From the NCBI GenBank assembly GCA_010356995.1, contig ML996697.1:306153-370152 (forward strand): 64,000 bases of DNA, in the 5' to 3' direction. Position numbers and translations under genes: made by a program. Below, piece by piece: positions 50,193 through 62,700 of this stretch. Each line of letters begins with the position of its first letter. The stretch's first letter is position 1. The notes beneath the pieces were generated by a model. The model was not told the DNA's origin. It saw only the letters and a program-made list of their open reading frames with translations, and ran no database searches. Source of the stretch: Trichodelitschia bisporula (Eukaryota).

Positions 50193-50887
50193 TCTTCTTT
50201 TGCTCTTTGCACTTTTGGAGGTCTGAATTTGAGTCAGCGAAGGTTTGCGGGGTGTTCCTTGCTTTTTGCACGGTTCGGCCCGGTTCTTGAGCGATCTCGA
50301 TTCGGATTGGCGGGTCTCACTCCGCCAGCGCATCTCAACAGAACTCAGGATGCACACAAACCTTCGTTCCCTTTTGTTCCCTCAGTCTGATGTGTAGAGA
50401 CCTGCTAACTGATCTTACAGTCATGTCTCAGCCACTGTCTTCGGAGCTGGACGTCTTTGGGGTATAAACAGTCTTCACGCCGCTGCGACGGAGCCCGAGC
50501 TTCAGCTCCGCCAACCGCAACAGGTCATCCAGTACGCACCACCAACTCGTTCCAGGCCTATGTGACGATTATATATGCTTAATCCGAAGTTGAGCCGCAA
50601 CATACGCTATGCTGAGCTCCCGATCCCATCTCGACTCCGCGAGCTACCGTACAGCTGGAATATCTATCTTCATTTGGGCTCTCTTTGCTCTCCACACGTC
50701 TACCGCTCACTTCCGGGCGACATGGCGGTCAAGCCGCACAGCATTCTTCACAGACGTCACTCACTTCAAGGCATATGCACAAATCAGTAAAAGGGGATAG
50801 ATTCTTTAATCTACATTTCTCTCAGTATCCACAGCGTGGCGTGGAGTCTCATCTCGCTTGCCCAGGAGCATGTCCGCCAGAGACCCA

Positions 50888-51103
50888 TCAGTTCAACGGC
50901 TTGTAAGGCGGATTGCGGAGCGCGGTCTTCTCTGCCTTGAGACGACAGCCCAGGCAGTGCAGGGGCTTGTTGATCATCTCGAATGCAAGGAAGGCGTTCG
51001 GACACTTCTTGGGGCAACCAGGCGACTGCCGGGTCCAGATCATCTCCCTACACCCGCACTTCTGCCAGTAGATTTCCTGCTTGACGCAATCGCAACCGGC
51101 CAT
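50888..51103 (-). CDS. Cys-rich microprotein, family member A (71 aa)
   Basis: CAAAATGG start context; CDC-x9-CGC-x10-GC-x3-CPNA-x12-CLGC; TATAAA at 51271-51276 (-). Confidence 0.7.
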   Translation of the reverse strand: MAGCDCVKQEIYWQKCGCREMIWTRQSPGCPKKCPNAFLAFEMINKPLHCLGCRLKAEKTALRNPPYKPLN

Positions 51104-51972
51104 TTTGGATTATCAGAATTGGGGTATCGAAGGAGTTGGTGTGGAAGAGAATGGTTCGAAGACCGCTGTTCGGAGACTGGGTTTTGTAGGTTCTCTGTAG
51201 GTGGTACTGTGAGGCTGGAAAGCTTGCTTGTGAGGATGATGTATGGCCATGGGAGCCGCGATTCTGAGCCTTTATACCCTCACTCATGTGTCACAGGCTC
51301 GCTCAGTGACGATGAGCAACGTGCACGAGGCTTTGTGAGTACGGAAGAAGGTATCGTGGCTATTCGAATGAGCTAGTGATGGTGTTTGGTGTATAGTCCG
51401 CTAACAAGTGACAGCATCATTCATTGAGCTTGAGGTCTGACTGTGAGGAGTACCACCATGACCCCTACGACAGTTCGGAACCCCTTTAGAATCCGTCGAA
51501 CCATCATGTGCGTTATAATCGTCATGAGAGCGGCAGCCGCATCAACAGGACTCGGCCGGGAAACATCTCCAGCTTTATACGTCCCGGCCGTCACTGGGCA
51601 CGATGACTGCTTTTTTGGGGTCATCCCCAGCGCAGGCTCCATAAACCGTCTGACGGCGTCGAAGTCTGCTCTCAAGCAACTTGATGGCTACAGCATAAGC
51701 GGTCTCCGGGGCGTAAGGTTCCGTGATGAAACAGATATCATCGCCCTAACTAACATAGAATCGCAGTTTAAAATCCGCACCGGATATCGGAGGGATTCAC
51801 CGAGTGTACACTTTGCGTCCGATAGGAGGACTTTCCACCGCACAGCACCGCAATATTCTCGTCTTCACATTCAAAGGCACAAGATACTCGATAAGCCACC
51901 CCGCAAAAAACCGTGCGAAGCATTCATTTCTTTATTTCAAACCCATTTGCCAACTTACCAGTTTAGCCCTTA

Positions 51973-52481
51973 TCAGCACTGGCCCTTCCTCCGCTTCTTC
52001 TTCGCCAGATCCTTGAGACGCTTCTTGAGGAGCTCCTTGGCTTCCTATTCTTCATGCCGCTGCCATGACATCAGCGTTGAAGTGCACCCCTTTATGCGAG
52101 CTTACAAAATATAACAGAATGGTCGGATCCGGGAATGTGATCTCCGATCTGTCCCAATCGACCCCATCCTACTCTCTCCTGCTCTTCGGTCTCCGGTTCA
52201 TCCAGACTGCCCTCGGTCTCGGCCTATTTGTATGCGAGATCAAGATTGGTCCCAGGGCGAAGGTTTCTCCCGTGCTTTTCGCACACATCTCTCCTCCTAG
52301 AAAACACCCTCACCCTTGCATTCCGATAGGGGCCCGAATGCCCCTTTTCCGTTCTAAGTTGTGGCCATTGGGCGCAGCCGCATCGTAAAGTGAAGTGGGC
52401 CCGAACACATTTGCGAGAACCGGAGGTTTCTCCTGCGGGAGTGCTGGGCGGACTCTCTCACTCTTCGACGAATTCTACCAT
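51973..52481 (-). pseudogene. Degenerate Cys-rich microprotein paralog, member B
   Basis: RKC-x8-CGCAQWPQLRTEKGH...YRNA...CEKH; in-frame TGA/TAG stops, a frameshift near 52170, intron ~52060-52105, ends KKKRRKGQC. Confidence 0.55.
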
Positions 52482-53969
52482 CTTGGAGGGATGTGGTCTA
52501 GAACTACGGATTAGCGATGCGTTACTTTAGGGGCGGCGGTGGACTAATGGATAAGTGATGGTACGAACTGGTTTGCGAAATGTGGATACGAGAGCGGCCA
52601 GCGGTTTCGTGAGAGCTTGGTTGATTTTCTGAGGCGGCAGTAGGTTCCACTGGCGATTGCTCACTAGCAATGGGGCAGGCTGAGGTGTGTTTTCGGCGAG
52701 TATGGAGCGGTGGCGTATGTGGCTGAGGCAGACTTCATTGGAGGCCGAGTCGTAGCAACGGGGGTGTATGCCCCTACGTATCGGCACGAGCGACAACATC
52801 CACAGTCTCCAAGGGCGACGCCAACTATACTGCCTACACTACTCGCAAGACTACCATGCGGCACTTCCTCGAACCCGCGCTACTCGAGATACCCGAAAAC
52901 GCAATCAACGCTGAGGAAGCCACCCGCGGCGGTAGAAAGCTGCTGAGGATGATGATGTCCAAGGTTATCGATCTCGAGCTTCAGTTTCTGAAGGACTGCA
53001 CAACCTCCGCCAGTCCGAACTCCCTTTCCATACATCTCGTATCCTGGGAACTGAGTTCGAACTCTCTCAGCGGATCCGACGGCCTGGCGACAGCAGTCAT
53101 ACTCATCAGATCGTGGGTGAGGGAGCGAATGAAATCTCCCCCGTCTCCTTTCTCACACTTAAGGAAGAACCTCCCCCTTCCTGTCGTTGTTCTCGCTTTA
53201 ACCCTCTTCTCCTAGCCGCTAGCACAGCAAAAACACCTTTGATTCATATCACTCAGTGCACCATTTTGACCATGTGACAGAGCTTTTCCCGGGGAAGTAC
53301 TAGTTTCGTCCCAAATAGCAGTTAGCTGTCGCTGAATGTTTCCGGGTCACATTATATCCACATGAAAATGACTACTGCTGTCCAAGCAGCGGCAGCCATT
53401 TAGGGCACTCAGCACAAAGGCGCCATCAAACCGAATACAAAGCTATTGTTCTCGTCTCAACCTTGGAATATGGCCAGTGACATGCCTCGAATGATCCAAA
53501 CTCCAACACACGGTGTGCCCGGAGGAGATGGGCCTTACTCTCTCACAAAAAATGCGACGAGACCAGCTGTCTGCTTCCAGCCGAAAACTGCACCGATCGC
53601 CAGTTTACGGATCCCGCCAACCTGTGAAGAGTCGCCTTTCTCATCGGATCCCGGACATCACTAGGATCGATCAGTCACTGTTTACGTTCTGTCACATTGA
53701 CTTCATTCCACCTCACTCTGGACGATGAAGGTGTTCGTGATAAACTCCAGCCTTCACAAAACATTTGTATACCCTCACAACCTGTATATGCATCGTAGCT
53801 CTATAATGTCTATATCTCCCCTACAGAAATAACCACCATCTCCTCCACCTCCACCTTCATCTTTACTAACCACGTCCGCCCTGGCTTCCCTTATTCACTC
53901 TCACCTTTACCAATCACCTCTGCCCTGGAGTCCCCTTCTTCACCTTCACCTTTACCAAACACTTCTAGC

Positions 53970-54302
53970 ATGGAGTCACTTCTCTTGCAGCAAGATCAAA
54001 TCGATCTTGCTCAACCTGAAACCTGCGACTGCTACAAGTATCTTTTGAAATGGGCTTGTGGCTGCTGGGATCATAGGCAGCTCACCGCCGAGGAGGGCCA
54101 CAACGACCGTGACTGCCCTACCGCGCATGTGAACGAAACGGCAGTGTGTCTTAACAATCCTTGCTCGGGCTGTCAATCCTTCAGGAAAATCGTTCGGGCG
54201 AAGAATTGTAAAGGGAGCGGGCTGGGCGCGAAGAAGTCGAAGATGGCCAAATATGACTTGGCTGAAAAAATCAGCGAAGGTGTGAGGAATTGTGATCGTT
54301 GA
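53970..54302 (+). CDS. Cys-rich microprotein, family member C (110 aa)
   Basis: CDC-x8-CGC...QLTAEEGH...CPTA-x12-CSGC plus a basic tail; TATAA at 53802. Confidence 0.7.
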   Translation: MESLLLQQDQIDLAQPETCDCYKYLLKWACGCWDHRQLTAEEGHNDRDCPTAHVNETAVCLNNPCSGCQSFRKIVRAKNCKGSGLGAKKSKMAKYDLAEKISEGVRNCDR

Positions 54303-54320
54303 GCGGATATAGGAGACTTG

Positions 54321-54447
54321 CAGCCTAGTTCGGGATCAATCGGTGACGCGGAAACAGATCTTCTCGACTGCGCTGTGCTACATGATATTTACAGCCCCTA
54401 GTTCGGGATCGATCAGTGATGCCGTAAACCGATCTGCTCGACTGCGC
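54321..54447. repeat. Imperfect ~55-bp direct repeat (54321-54373 / 54392-54447)
   Basis: CCTAGTTCGGGATC...CTCGACTGCGC occurs twice. Confidence 0.8.
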
Positions 54448-55499
54448 GAAAGCCGCACATCAGTATCATCGGTATGCCCAAGGACATACCAGCAGCAGCT
54501 AGAAGCCAGAACATAATTAAAAGTAAGATTCTTACCTTACCGAATCTCAAAGTGCCGGGCCAGACTTTGAAGTGACATGCGGGGCCTAAATGCAACCCTT
54601 AGCCATAGACCAGCCTCGTGCCGAAGTGAATCCTAAGCAAGTCGCCGACACCCATTCGTACAAGCTCTCCGAGTTCCATTCGCAGCCCAAACCCTCTACC
54701 CAGCCCCGATACATCTTTACGGTACCCTAGTAGGCCAACTAGACAAAAGACGCTTCCTTGGCCGCTCCAGCACTTGGTATACTCAACCTTCCCTCGGTCG
54801 CTCTTCCGCCCAGTGCAGCCTCATCCGAAACCAGCTCAAGCACATCGCCGGACTTGTCAGTAATTGATTCATCGATTTGAATGGTATCGAATGTGCGCCG
54901 AGCTAATGCTCTTCGGTTTTAGGAAGTTCGTGATCTTTGGCGTGGTGTTTACTGCTAGCGCGGCCTCTGATTAGCTAGCCCTACCGTGGCGTGCGCGGCT
55001 TCCCCACAATACCCCGGTCTGCCCTCGCCGCATCCTGAGCTCGGGATTCACCTTTGAGTGTCGAACGGTCTTCTCTAGATCGAGTGAAGATATCATATTT
55101 GGACATTGATCACATCCTAGGAGTCCATCGGTAGACTTAATGGATGACGGCAATTCATTCATTACTACTGTCGCGTCTGCACCTGGCGCAATCTTTAGGC
55201 GAAACGATCCGAACGTTATCAGGCCCCATCACTGTCTACACTTTTATCTCAGCCGGTCTCATCTCACCTAACTATGGACTTCATAGACGTTCGCAATGCG
55301 CTCAAATCACGAAATGTAAATAAACCCTCACAAGACGTTAGTTCCATTACACCCTCACAACTCACAAAGCATACGTACACCTACACAAGACGTTAGTACA
55401 CCCTCACAAGCAGTACGTAAATCCCAACTATAAATGTCTGTATCACTCACTGTAATAGCCGTCTTTACATTCACCTTCACCTCCGCCATTACTCCAGCC

Positions 55500-55755
55500 A
55501 TGAAATTCTCCGATATTGTCGCCGTGGAAGGCACTTGCAGCTGCAGAAAGACAGCTGTGATATTCACCTGCGGGCACAGGTGGTACAATCAGGGGACCAC
55601 TGCCCCTGGCCACCCCAACGAGCTGTCCCACCGCGTTGATCTTCACAGAGCTGCTCGAGAGTCCGGAAACCTGCTGGGATTGCCGGGCTCGAGAGGCTCG
55701 GAATCAGGTGAATAAGGACGGGAAGGATGGGAACGGGAGAAAGAAGGGTTGTTGA
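55500..55755 (+). pseudogene. Cys-rich microprotein, member D, with one extra base at ~55617
   Basis: CSC-x8-CGH...PGHP/shift/CPTA-x12-CWDC...RKKGC*; TATAAA at 55429. Confidence 0.65.
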
Positions 55756-57393
55756 AGCGGGTAACTGAAAAGAGAAAGGCAAGCGGAGCTGAAATGGGAA
55801 AGGGGAATGCTCCAGTGAAAGGAATTGATGTTTGCGGCCCCGGCTGGCAGTGAGCAGATGGCCAGTAGATGCGACGAGCTGGCTGGTGCACAAACGCGGT
55901 ATATCCGCATCACTGACATGCCCTGGGCAATAGCATCAGCACCCCGAACCGAAAGAAACCGCAACAGAACCTACCAGCAGCAGCCAAACACCCCCACCCC
56001 CCGTCCCCCCATCAACTAAAAAAAAGAATCAATTAACATTCTTACCATGCCAGGGACCTTGAAGTGACAAACCCCTTTGCAGTGAACGTGCCTGACCCAT
56101 CACAGCCTCGCGTCTCGCTCCGAAGCGAGCCCTAAGCGAGTTTACCGAGCCCGAGTCTGCGTCTAGGTCGCCCGACTCCCACTCGCGCACCGAACCACCG
56201 GCCCGGCTTCAACACCCTATTAGCATGCCGACCAGGCCGATAAGCTGACTGGGCCGTCCGAACACCACCAGAGCACACTCGGCCTCCGCCCGTCCCTCCG
56301 GTGTATTGTAGCACCACCCGAAATATGCTTTACGTGGTACGTCCTTCGCGCATCCCAAGGCGAAACGCGGCACACCAGCCCATCCACCAACCTTTCCCTC
56401 ATCACTCCACTCCCACTCCCGACCCAAACCTTCAACCCCTCAAACCCCATCACAAACCCCTCACCCGAAGGCAGTGCAGTAAGACCCCCTTACGCGGCCC
56501 AAGGGCCGCTGACTCCCTCGCCCATCTGTCCCGGATGACATCACGCGGCCTTGCGCCCCGAAAAAGAACCGGCACCGTCACACCCCTGCAACCGGAAGTC
56601 AGCCCTATGACCCTACCACCCAGTTCACGCCCACGCGCGCTGACGCACCGCCTCCCAAACCACCCACACCCCGTGCCCCGATACAAACCAGCGGAGCAAG
56701 TTCCTGGCTGCAGACTCGAACCCTGCATTCTTCAGGCTAGAGGTTGCACAATCAAGATTTGCACCCCATGCAAGCAGTGCAGCTCCCAAGATACCCTGAA
56801 GACACTCCCGTCGTCAGTGACTTCATCGGCGCGCGATAGAACCTCGGGAATCGGGTCGAGGACCGGAATGACGCTTCCACAAGTCGCATTGCCGCAAGAT
56901 TTCACAATCAAGCAAAGCATGATGATTCAACAGCGTCGTCATTGACAATGACTATGACTCTCCACACACTATCCGTGCCTAAGCCCAAGTCCCGTAACCC
57001 GTCAGTCGGATACGGACTGACCTTCCCAAGCCGGAAGCACCCCTTCAGCCTCAAGCAGCCTTCCATCAACAGGTACCATAGCGCAGAAATGCCCAGACCA
57101 CTCAAAAGAAAAGGTCGTCAATTCAGTAATGCCTCCGAAACCGAATGCAAGTGCGCAACAAACTGTGCAGGTGATACCGCCATATTCCCCTTAAAAGTGG
57201 ATAGCACGACAACCGACCACCCGAAAAATATAGTGCCTCTCGCAAACGCACACTCTACTGGCCTTGCCTCGCTGAGAAAATTGCCAGGAGGAAAGTCGCA
57301 GCGGGGCCAGCCGGGCAAGAAAATTTATACAAAAAAAGAAAAGCAGCGCAATGCAATGCCCACGCACCATGCATGCTTGAAGGGAAAACCACC

Positions 57394-59700
57394 TCAGTAG
57401 GAAAGAATGTGCGTTCCTTCCGCCATGGCTCTCAGCCTGCGCCCACGCGCTAGACCCGCAAGCTCCATGCCCATCTCGCGCATCTTCTCCGCGCCTTTGC
57501 CCGGCGCAGGTCTGCGCTCGGGCTTGTGTGTCTTGCCCGCCCGCCGGCAGTATTTCTCAAGCAGCTTTTCCCGCCGCCGGAGACGTTTTGCCTCGAGACC
57601 CTTAACAATGTCAATGGCACCGCGGGTGGGCAGTTCCCACGCCGTAGGTGCCACGGTAGGCTCATCCTCGTTTTCCGCATCAGCAGCAGCCATTCGCGTA
57701 TGCATCATTGCCCCATGCCGAGGCACCGAATGGGCCACTCCAGCGCCCGGCCGCTCCGCTAGCGCCAAGTTGAACACTTGCGGCGCAGGTACCATAAAGG
57801 ATGTACGGCGCGTCGGCGGGGGAGATGTCAGCGGACGCGAAGGTGCGGGTGAGCGCATGCGTCGAGGAGAAGCACCGAATAGGCGCCGAGGAGGCGGAGA
57901 GCGCGCTCGCCTTGTAGGCGAGCGTGTCCGCTTGACCGGAGCAGGCGATCGTAGCCGCTTCATTGGAGGGGGCGGCGACCGCATGCGCTTGGGCGACAGC
58001 TGGGGAGAGCGACGCTTGGGCGCCACAGCGCGCGAGCGCTTATCAGAGTCATAGTGCGGATCAGGCTTGCCGTGCAGGAAAATGTGGGCGTCGCTCTCGT
58101 CATACCGGTCAATTTCTGACTCCTCGTCCTCTTCGTCCTCTTCGTCGAGCTCGGGATCAGAGGCGGGGAACGTGGGGTCAATGTCTTGGGGCACAGCGAC
58201 ATGCTTGGCGGCGCGACGCTGTTCCAAACACGACAGGTACAAATCCTCAAGCGGTCGGTCCTCATCGAGGGTCCCGCACACAAAGTCCGTGCTGTCGGGC
58301 AGTTCGGGTGTCTTGGTACGCATACCCTGCGCGCGGGACCGCCTCCGCTTCACCACCTGGGCGGCAGTCGGCATCACCAGCCCGTGCTCGCTCTCATTCG
58401 ACGCAATCGATGAGTCTGAACCGCGACGGCGGCTGCTGGGACGAATGTGTTCAACGTGATCGCCAGATGCGGGACGACCGGGCGCCCACCACTCGTAATC
58501 TGAGCCAGCATCGCTCTCTTCGCCCGAAGAGAAGCCGCCCTCATCGTCTGTCTGGAAGCCGTCGTCCGAGTCGTCGTCCTGGTAGGTGGCCTCGACCTCC
58601 GCGTCCGAATCGTCGCCCGAGTCAGCAGTTTCGTCCGCCTCGCCGTCTTCCTCGGCTTCATCCACGTCGTCCAGACGCTCCTCCTCGTCAACCTCATCTT
58701 CCACCTCCTTGACCAACCGGCGTAGCTTATTCTCGACATTGAGCGTGTCGTCAACGGTGATGCGTCTCCTGTGACAAGTCGACTCCCGCGTCCAGTCGTC
58801 CACCTCGTCCTCAGAGTTAGCAAACTCGTGAAATCGGGTAGCCTCTGGGCGGCTGCCGTCCGAGTCTGTGCTTCCTCTCCGGACAGAAACCACCGAGGTC
58901 TTCCGCACGGCATCGGGGGATTCTTGGCGGACGGTAGCGTCGGAGCCACGGTGGGTGCGGCCCTTAGAGGCAGAAAAGCGGCGGGTCTTCGGCGGCGGGC
59001 TCAGCAGCCGAGTGGGAGGGCGTGCTTCGGAGGGCTTGGCCGGGCATGCGAATTTCAAGACCGACGGCCGCCGAGGCAGCTCAGTGGGATTTGCATTCTC
59101 CGTCTTCGTAGGCGTTGTGACAAGTGTCGCCTGCTTGCAGGCAAATGTGATGCAACGCTTTCTACCAAGGCCGGCTTCAACGTTTTGCTCGTTGGACGTC
59201 AGCGCCGGCTGTTGGAGAGGTCCAATGGATTCATGGTGCGCGACGCGTACCCTAGCAGGGCCATCGAAAGATTTATGGTTGAAGATGGGCGACAAACCCA
59301 AGAAGCGGACAGGAGGGAGTGGCGGGCTCGGCGTGCCGCTGCGCGCGGGACTGTCCTGGCCGCCGTCGCTGGTGAGCTCGGCCATGGACGTGTTGCTGCC
59401 ATGGCTCCACGTGGAGGCGTTGGAGTTGACGCGTTTGGTCTCCTCCTCATCACTCTCATCACCGGAGATGAGGTGGATCTGGTGAGTGAGGAGCGACTTT
59501 CTGCGCTGTGCGATAAGAGCGATCTCCTTCTTGAACTCCGGACGGAGAGCTGACACACGCGGTGTCAGTTCAAGCGGATCGGGTGGCTCATCAGCTTCTG
59601 CAGTTTCTTCTAACGCGCATTCTGAGGATGTGGGTTGGTTCTGGAGGCGAGTGTCCGGCGGCGTCTGCAGCCTGACGACATTGGGTTGATGGAGCGGCAT
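57394..59700 (-). CDS. Conserved fungal DUF2457-type ('extensin-like') protein
   Basis: 768-aa ORF with RFHEFA, DDGFQTDDEGGF, PELPDSTDFVCGTLDEDRP, PQDIDPTFP, RGAIDIVKGLE, GAEKMREMG. Confidence 0.88.
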   Translation of the reverse strand: MPLHQPNVVRLQTPPDTRLQNQPTSSECALEETAEADEPPDPLELTPRVSALRPEFKKEIALIAQRRKSLLTHQIHLISGDESDEEETKRVNSNASTWSHGSNTSMAELTSDGGQDSPARSGTPSPPLPPVRFLGLSPIFNHKSFDGPARVRVAHHESIGPLQQPALTSNEQNVEAGLGRKRCITFACKQATLVTTPTKTENANPTELPRRPSVLKFACPAKPSEARPPTRLLSPPPKTRRFSASKGRTHRGSDATVRQESPDAVRKTSVVSVRRGSTDSDGSRPEATRFHEFANSEDEVDDWTRESTCHRRRITVDDTLNVENKLRRLVKEVEDEVDEEERLDDVDEAEEDGEADETADSGDDSDAEVEATYQDDDSDDGFQTDDEGGFSSGEESDAGSDYEWWAPGRPASGDHVEHIRPSSRRRGSDSSIASNESEHGLVMPTAAQVVKRRRSRAQGMRTKTPELPDSTDFVCGTLDEDRPLEDLYLSCLEQRRAAKHVAVPQDIDPTFPASDPELDEEDEEDEESEIDRYDESDAHIFLHGKPDPHYDSDKRSRAVAPKRRSPQLSPKRMRSPPPPMKRLRSPAPVKRTRSPTRRARSPPPRRLFGASPRRMRSPAPSRPLTSPPPTRRTSFMVPAPQVFNLALAERPGAGVAHSVPRHGAMMHTRMAAADAENEDEPTVAPTAWELPTRGAIDIVKGLEAKRLRRREKLLEKYCRRAGKTHKPERRPAPGKGAEKMREMGMELAGLARGRRLRAMAEGTHILSY

Positions 59701-62700
59701 GGTGGAGCTGAAAACGTCGGATGATTACAAGAATAAAAGCAAAGCGTCCCAAGGTTATGCCTTGTGTAGGGTCGGTCGGTTCAAGGAAAGTTTGAGTAGG
59801 CGCAGCTTTGGCGCGACGAGATGGCTATGCTGATGGATTATGAGAGAATTGAGGAAGAGTTGGGAATAGTTCCCGGCAGAAAACGGCTATATTATGAAAG
59901 CCATGTCGAGAGGAGAAAAGAGGATGTAGCGCGGCTGACGGTTCTGTGCGCAACGGCGGATGAGTTGCTTGACGACAGTCAGAAGACAAATATCATGGTT
60001 AGGGCGCGAGTGACTCCAACCTTATGTGAGCAAGTGGCAGAAGCCAGATGCTGACGGTTCGCAGACTAATTTTCGATGCGGAGTTGGTGTGGAAGGAACA
60101 GTGAGGCGGGAGGGGAGGGGAGAACGTGGCGGTAGGCAGAGAGTGGGGGTTTGGGAGCGGTAGCCGCGCGAGCACACGCGCAGAAGCCAGAAGGCCACGG
60201 CACAGCCTCTAGGCGCGCAGAAGAGGCGAGCTCTGAGTGTTGCTGGTGGTTGAATAGGAGATTGGATGTTGGTGTTGTGTTGTAGGAGAGAAGGAGAGAG
60301 GAGTTGGTGATGTTTTTGGCTGAGGAGAAAATAGGAAAGGAAGTTGGAGGGAGGAGAGAGGGGAGAGGGGCGAAGGAGGTGAAGAAGAGATGAAGAAGAG
60401 CCGAGCGGGAAGGTGGGACGTTGTGTGGGAGAAGTTGGGAAGGAACGACTGGGGGGTCTGTTCGCGGGAACGGTGGGAGGGAAGGAACGAGCTTGACGAA
60501 CCAGCTGAGGGAGGGAAAGTGGCGGTCGCCGAAGAGTGGGCAGCCTGACTGCCTGAATTCCAGTTGAAAGGCCGTGGAGGCTTACTACCGGGTTTGGGAG
60601 AGGAGGGGTCACTTGGAAGAATTGATAGCTACAAGGACTGGTTAACGACGAGGGAAAAAGGATGGGATGGCCAGTCTAATCAGTCAGTCTAGGACCGTCT
60701 AGGATTGCCGAAGCGGAGAGCCCTTTCACTGTTGTCTTTCTCTTCTCATCCCCTTCACTTGCAAGGCCCCACGCTGTCGCTTGCCCTGGATTATTGCTTA
60801 GTTATGCTGAGAAACTGAAATGAAGCCATTGGACGCATTCCCGCACACAGCCCGCCGCCGTACGAGAAAAGGGCTGAGGATATCATCATCGGATTCCCGT
60901 CGGAGTATTACGGTACATCCGTACATTCCTCGCAGTTTGTGACTTCCATGTGGCTTCGACACCTTTTGCCCGTGGCAATTTCTCCGCTTTCACAGGTCTC
61001 ACTCGTTTTGCAGCAACTTGGACCCCAGATCGGCACTGCAAAGACGGGGTCGGCCACCTGCACGGGCTGGTGCATATCTCAGCCATCGTCAGCCCATTCA
61101 GGACAGGTCAAGAGATCACGACTTGCAGAATGCAGACCGCAGACCGCGTCGAGATGCAGAGAGGCTCATCCTCAGACAACAGTCTCTGTTTCACCCCCAC
61201 CTTATCCACACTACTGAGACGCAATTAACCAAACGTCAAGCGCGTCGCCCGTTATGACCATGATGATTATTAGCCGCTTCCCGTAACTTAGTGAGGAAAA
61301 TAGCGGGGACCCGTCAAACCTCGAAGTGCCCGCACCACCAACCAAAAAAAAACTACCAAGCCCAAACCCTAGACCCAAACACCCATCTCTCGCGCACGAA
61401 GCGGAAAAATGCCTCACTTTGCTCGTTACACCAGATTCGGCGCGACACGCGGCTGGGCTCGCAACAAAGTGCTTGCATATGGGCTGGGCCGGCTCGGCGG
61501 GCTTGGGATAATGGGTGTTGGGGGCGGACAGGCCAAGGGCGAACCAGGCGGGAATCTGCAGGACGGAAGAGAGGGGCAGAGCTTGTTCCGTCTTATCTTC
61601 ACTTTCACCGTTTCTTCGGCCGATCTCCCGACTGCAGAGGTGGACGGGAAGCTTGAGAACAGAAGGTGAATTTGCTGTCAGCGACACCGCCGACTGAAAG
61701 CAAAAATGCCCCAAGCGCTGCTCTCTGCAAACAATCTAAAACTCGTCCCACTCGTCCCCACCCGTCCGGCCCGTCGCGCGCGAAATCGGCCGCCAACGAC
61801 GGTTAGCGAGGCCAGAATTCCCACTAACCCGTAGCAACCAGTGGCTTGCCCAAGCCAGCGAAGCGAACCAGAGCGAAAAAGAAGTTGCCCACGAAGCATG
61901 CGTCCGCCGAAATCGCGAGCAACCAACGAAGCAACCCAGCGAACCGCAATGGCAGCAACGGAACTTCGAGTCCACCACTCGAAAATTGCTCTTCTCCACT
62001 ACTTTCTCCCCGCGCTATCAATGGACGTTGGGTAGGTCTAAGGTCCCGGCCGCCGGCGACGCTTAATTGCAGCTTCACGACGCGCCCGCAGCCCCTCGCC
62101 TGACCCTCTCCCCTCACCCCCTCCTCGGAGATGAACACTGGAGCCGAGCGAGCAGCGCTTGCGCCAGCGCCGTTCGGCCTCCAAACGGCTTTTCTCCACC
62201 GACCATAAAACAACGACATCCGTTCGTCCATCTCCAGGCCTGCATCAGGCCATTTGGATCAGGTGCTGTTCCGCTAAGGTTAAGCCCTCAACAACGTGAA
62301 TCGGCGTCGCACCCCTCTCATCCCCTCCCCCCTCACCCAACCCCCACCCGCACGTGCCCCCCCAGTACTCACCCCCCAGCCCCATCGCAGCGCCGCACCC
62401 GCGCGCGCCCGGGCGCCCATGCGGGGACCCCGCGCATTACGTGTTAACCGTGCGTTTGGCAGCGTGACGCCATCGCATCCCCGGCGCGAAGTTGAACCAC
62501 GAAGTATCAGCAACATCTCCCAACTCATCTCCGTATCAACTCAGCAATCCAACTCGAATCTCAGTTTTCACAACCATCCCCGCCACCCGGTTCCCTTGGA
62601 CCCTTCCCGAGCCTCACCAGGGGTCCCCCGTCCCTGCACCGCCACGAAGAAGTCTTACACCCACATCAAGGCATGATAGACACTGCCCTATCCAGGGCGA

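Noticed and set aside
55321..55410. Short interspersed repeats as a CRISPR-like array
   Set aside because: Eukaryotic DNA, irregular units, no cas genes; treated as promoter motif repeats
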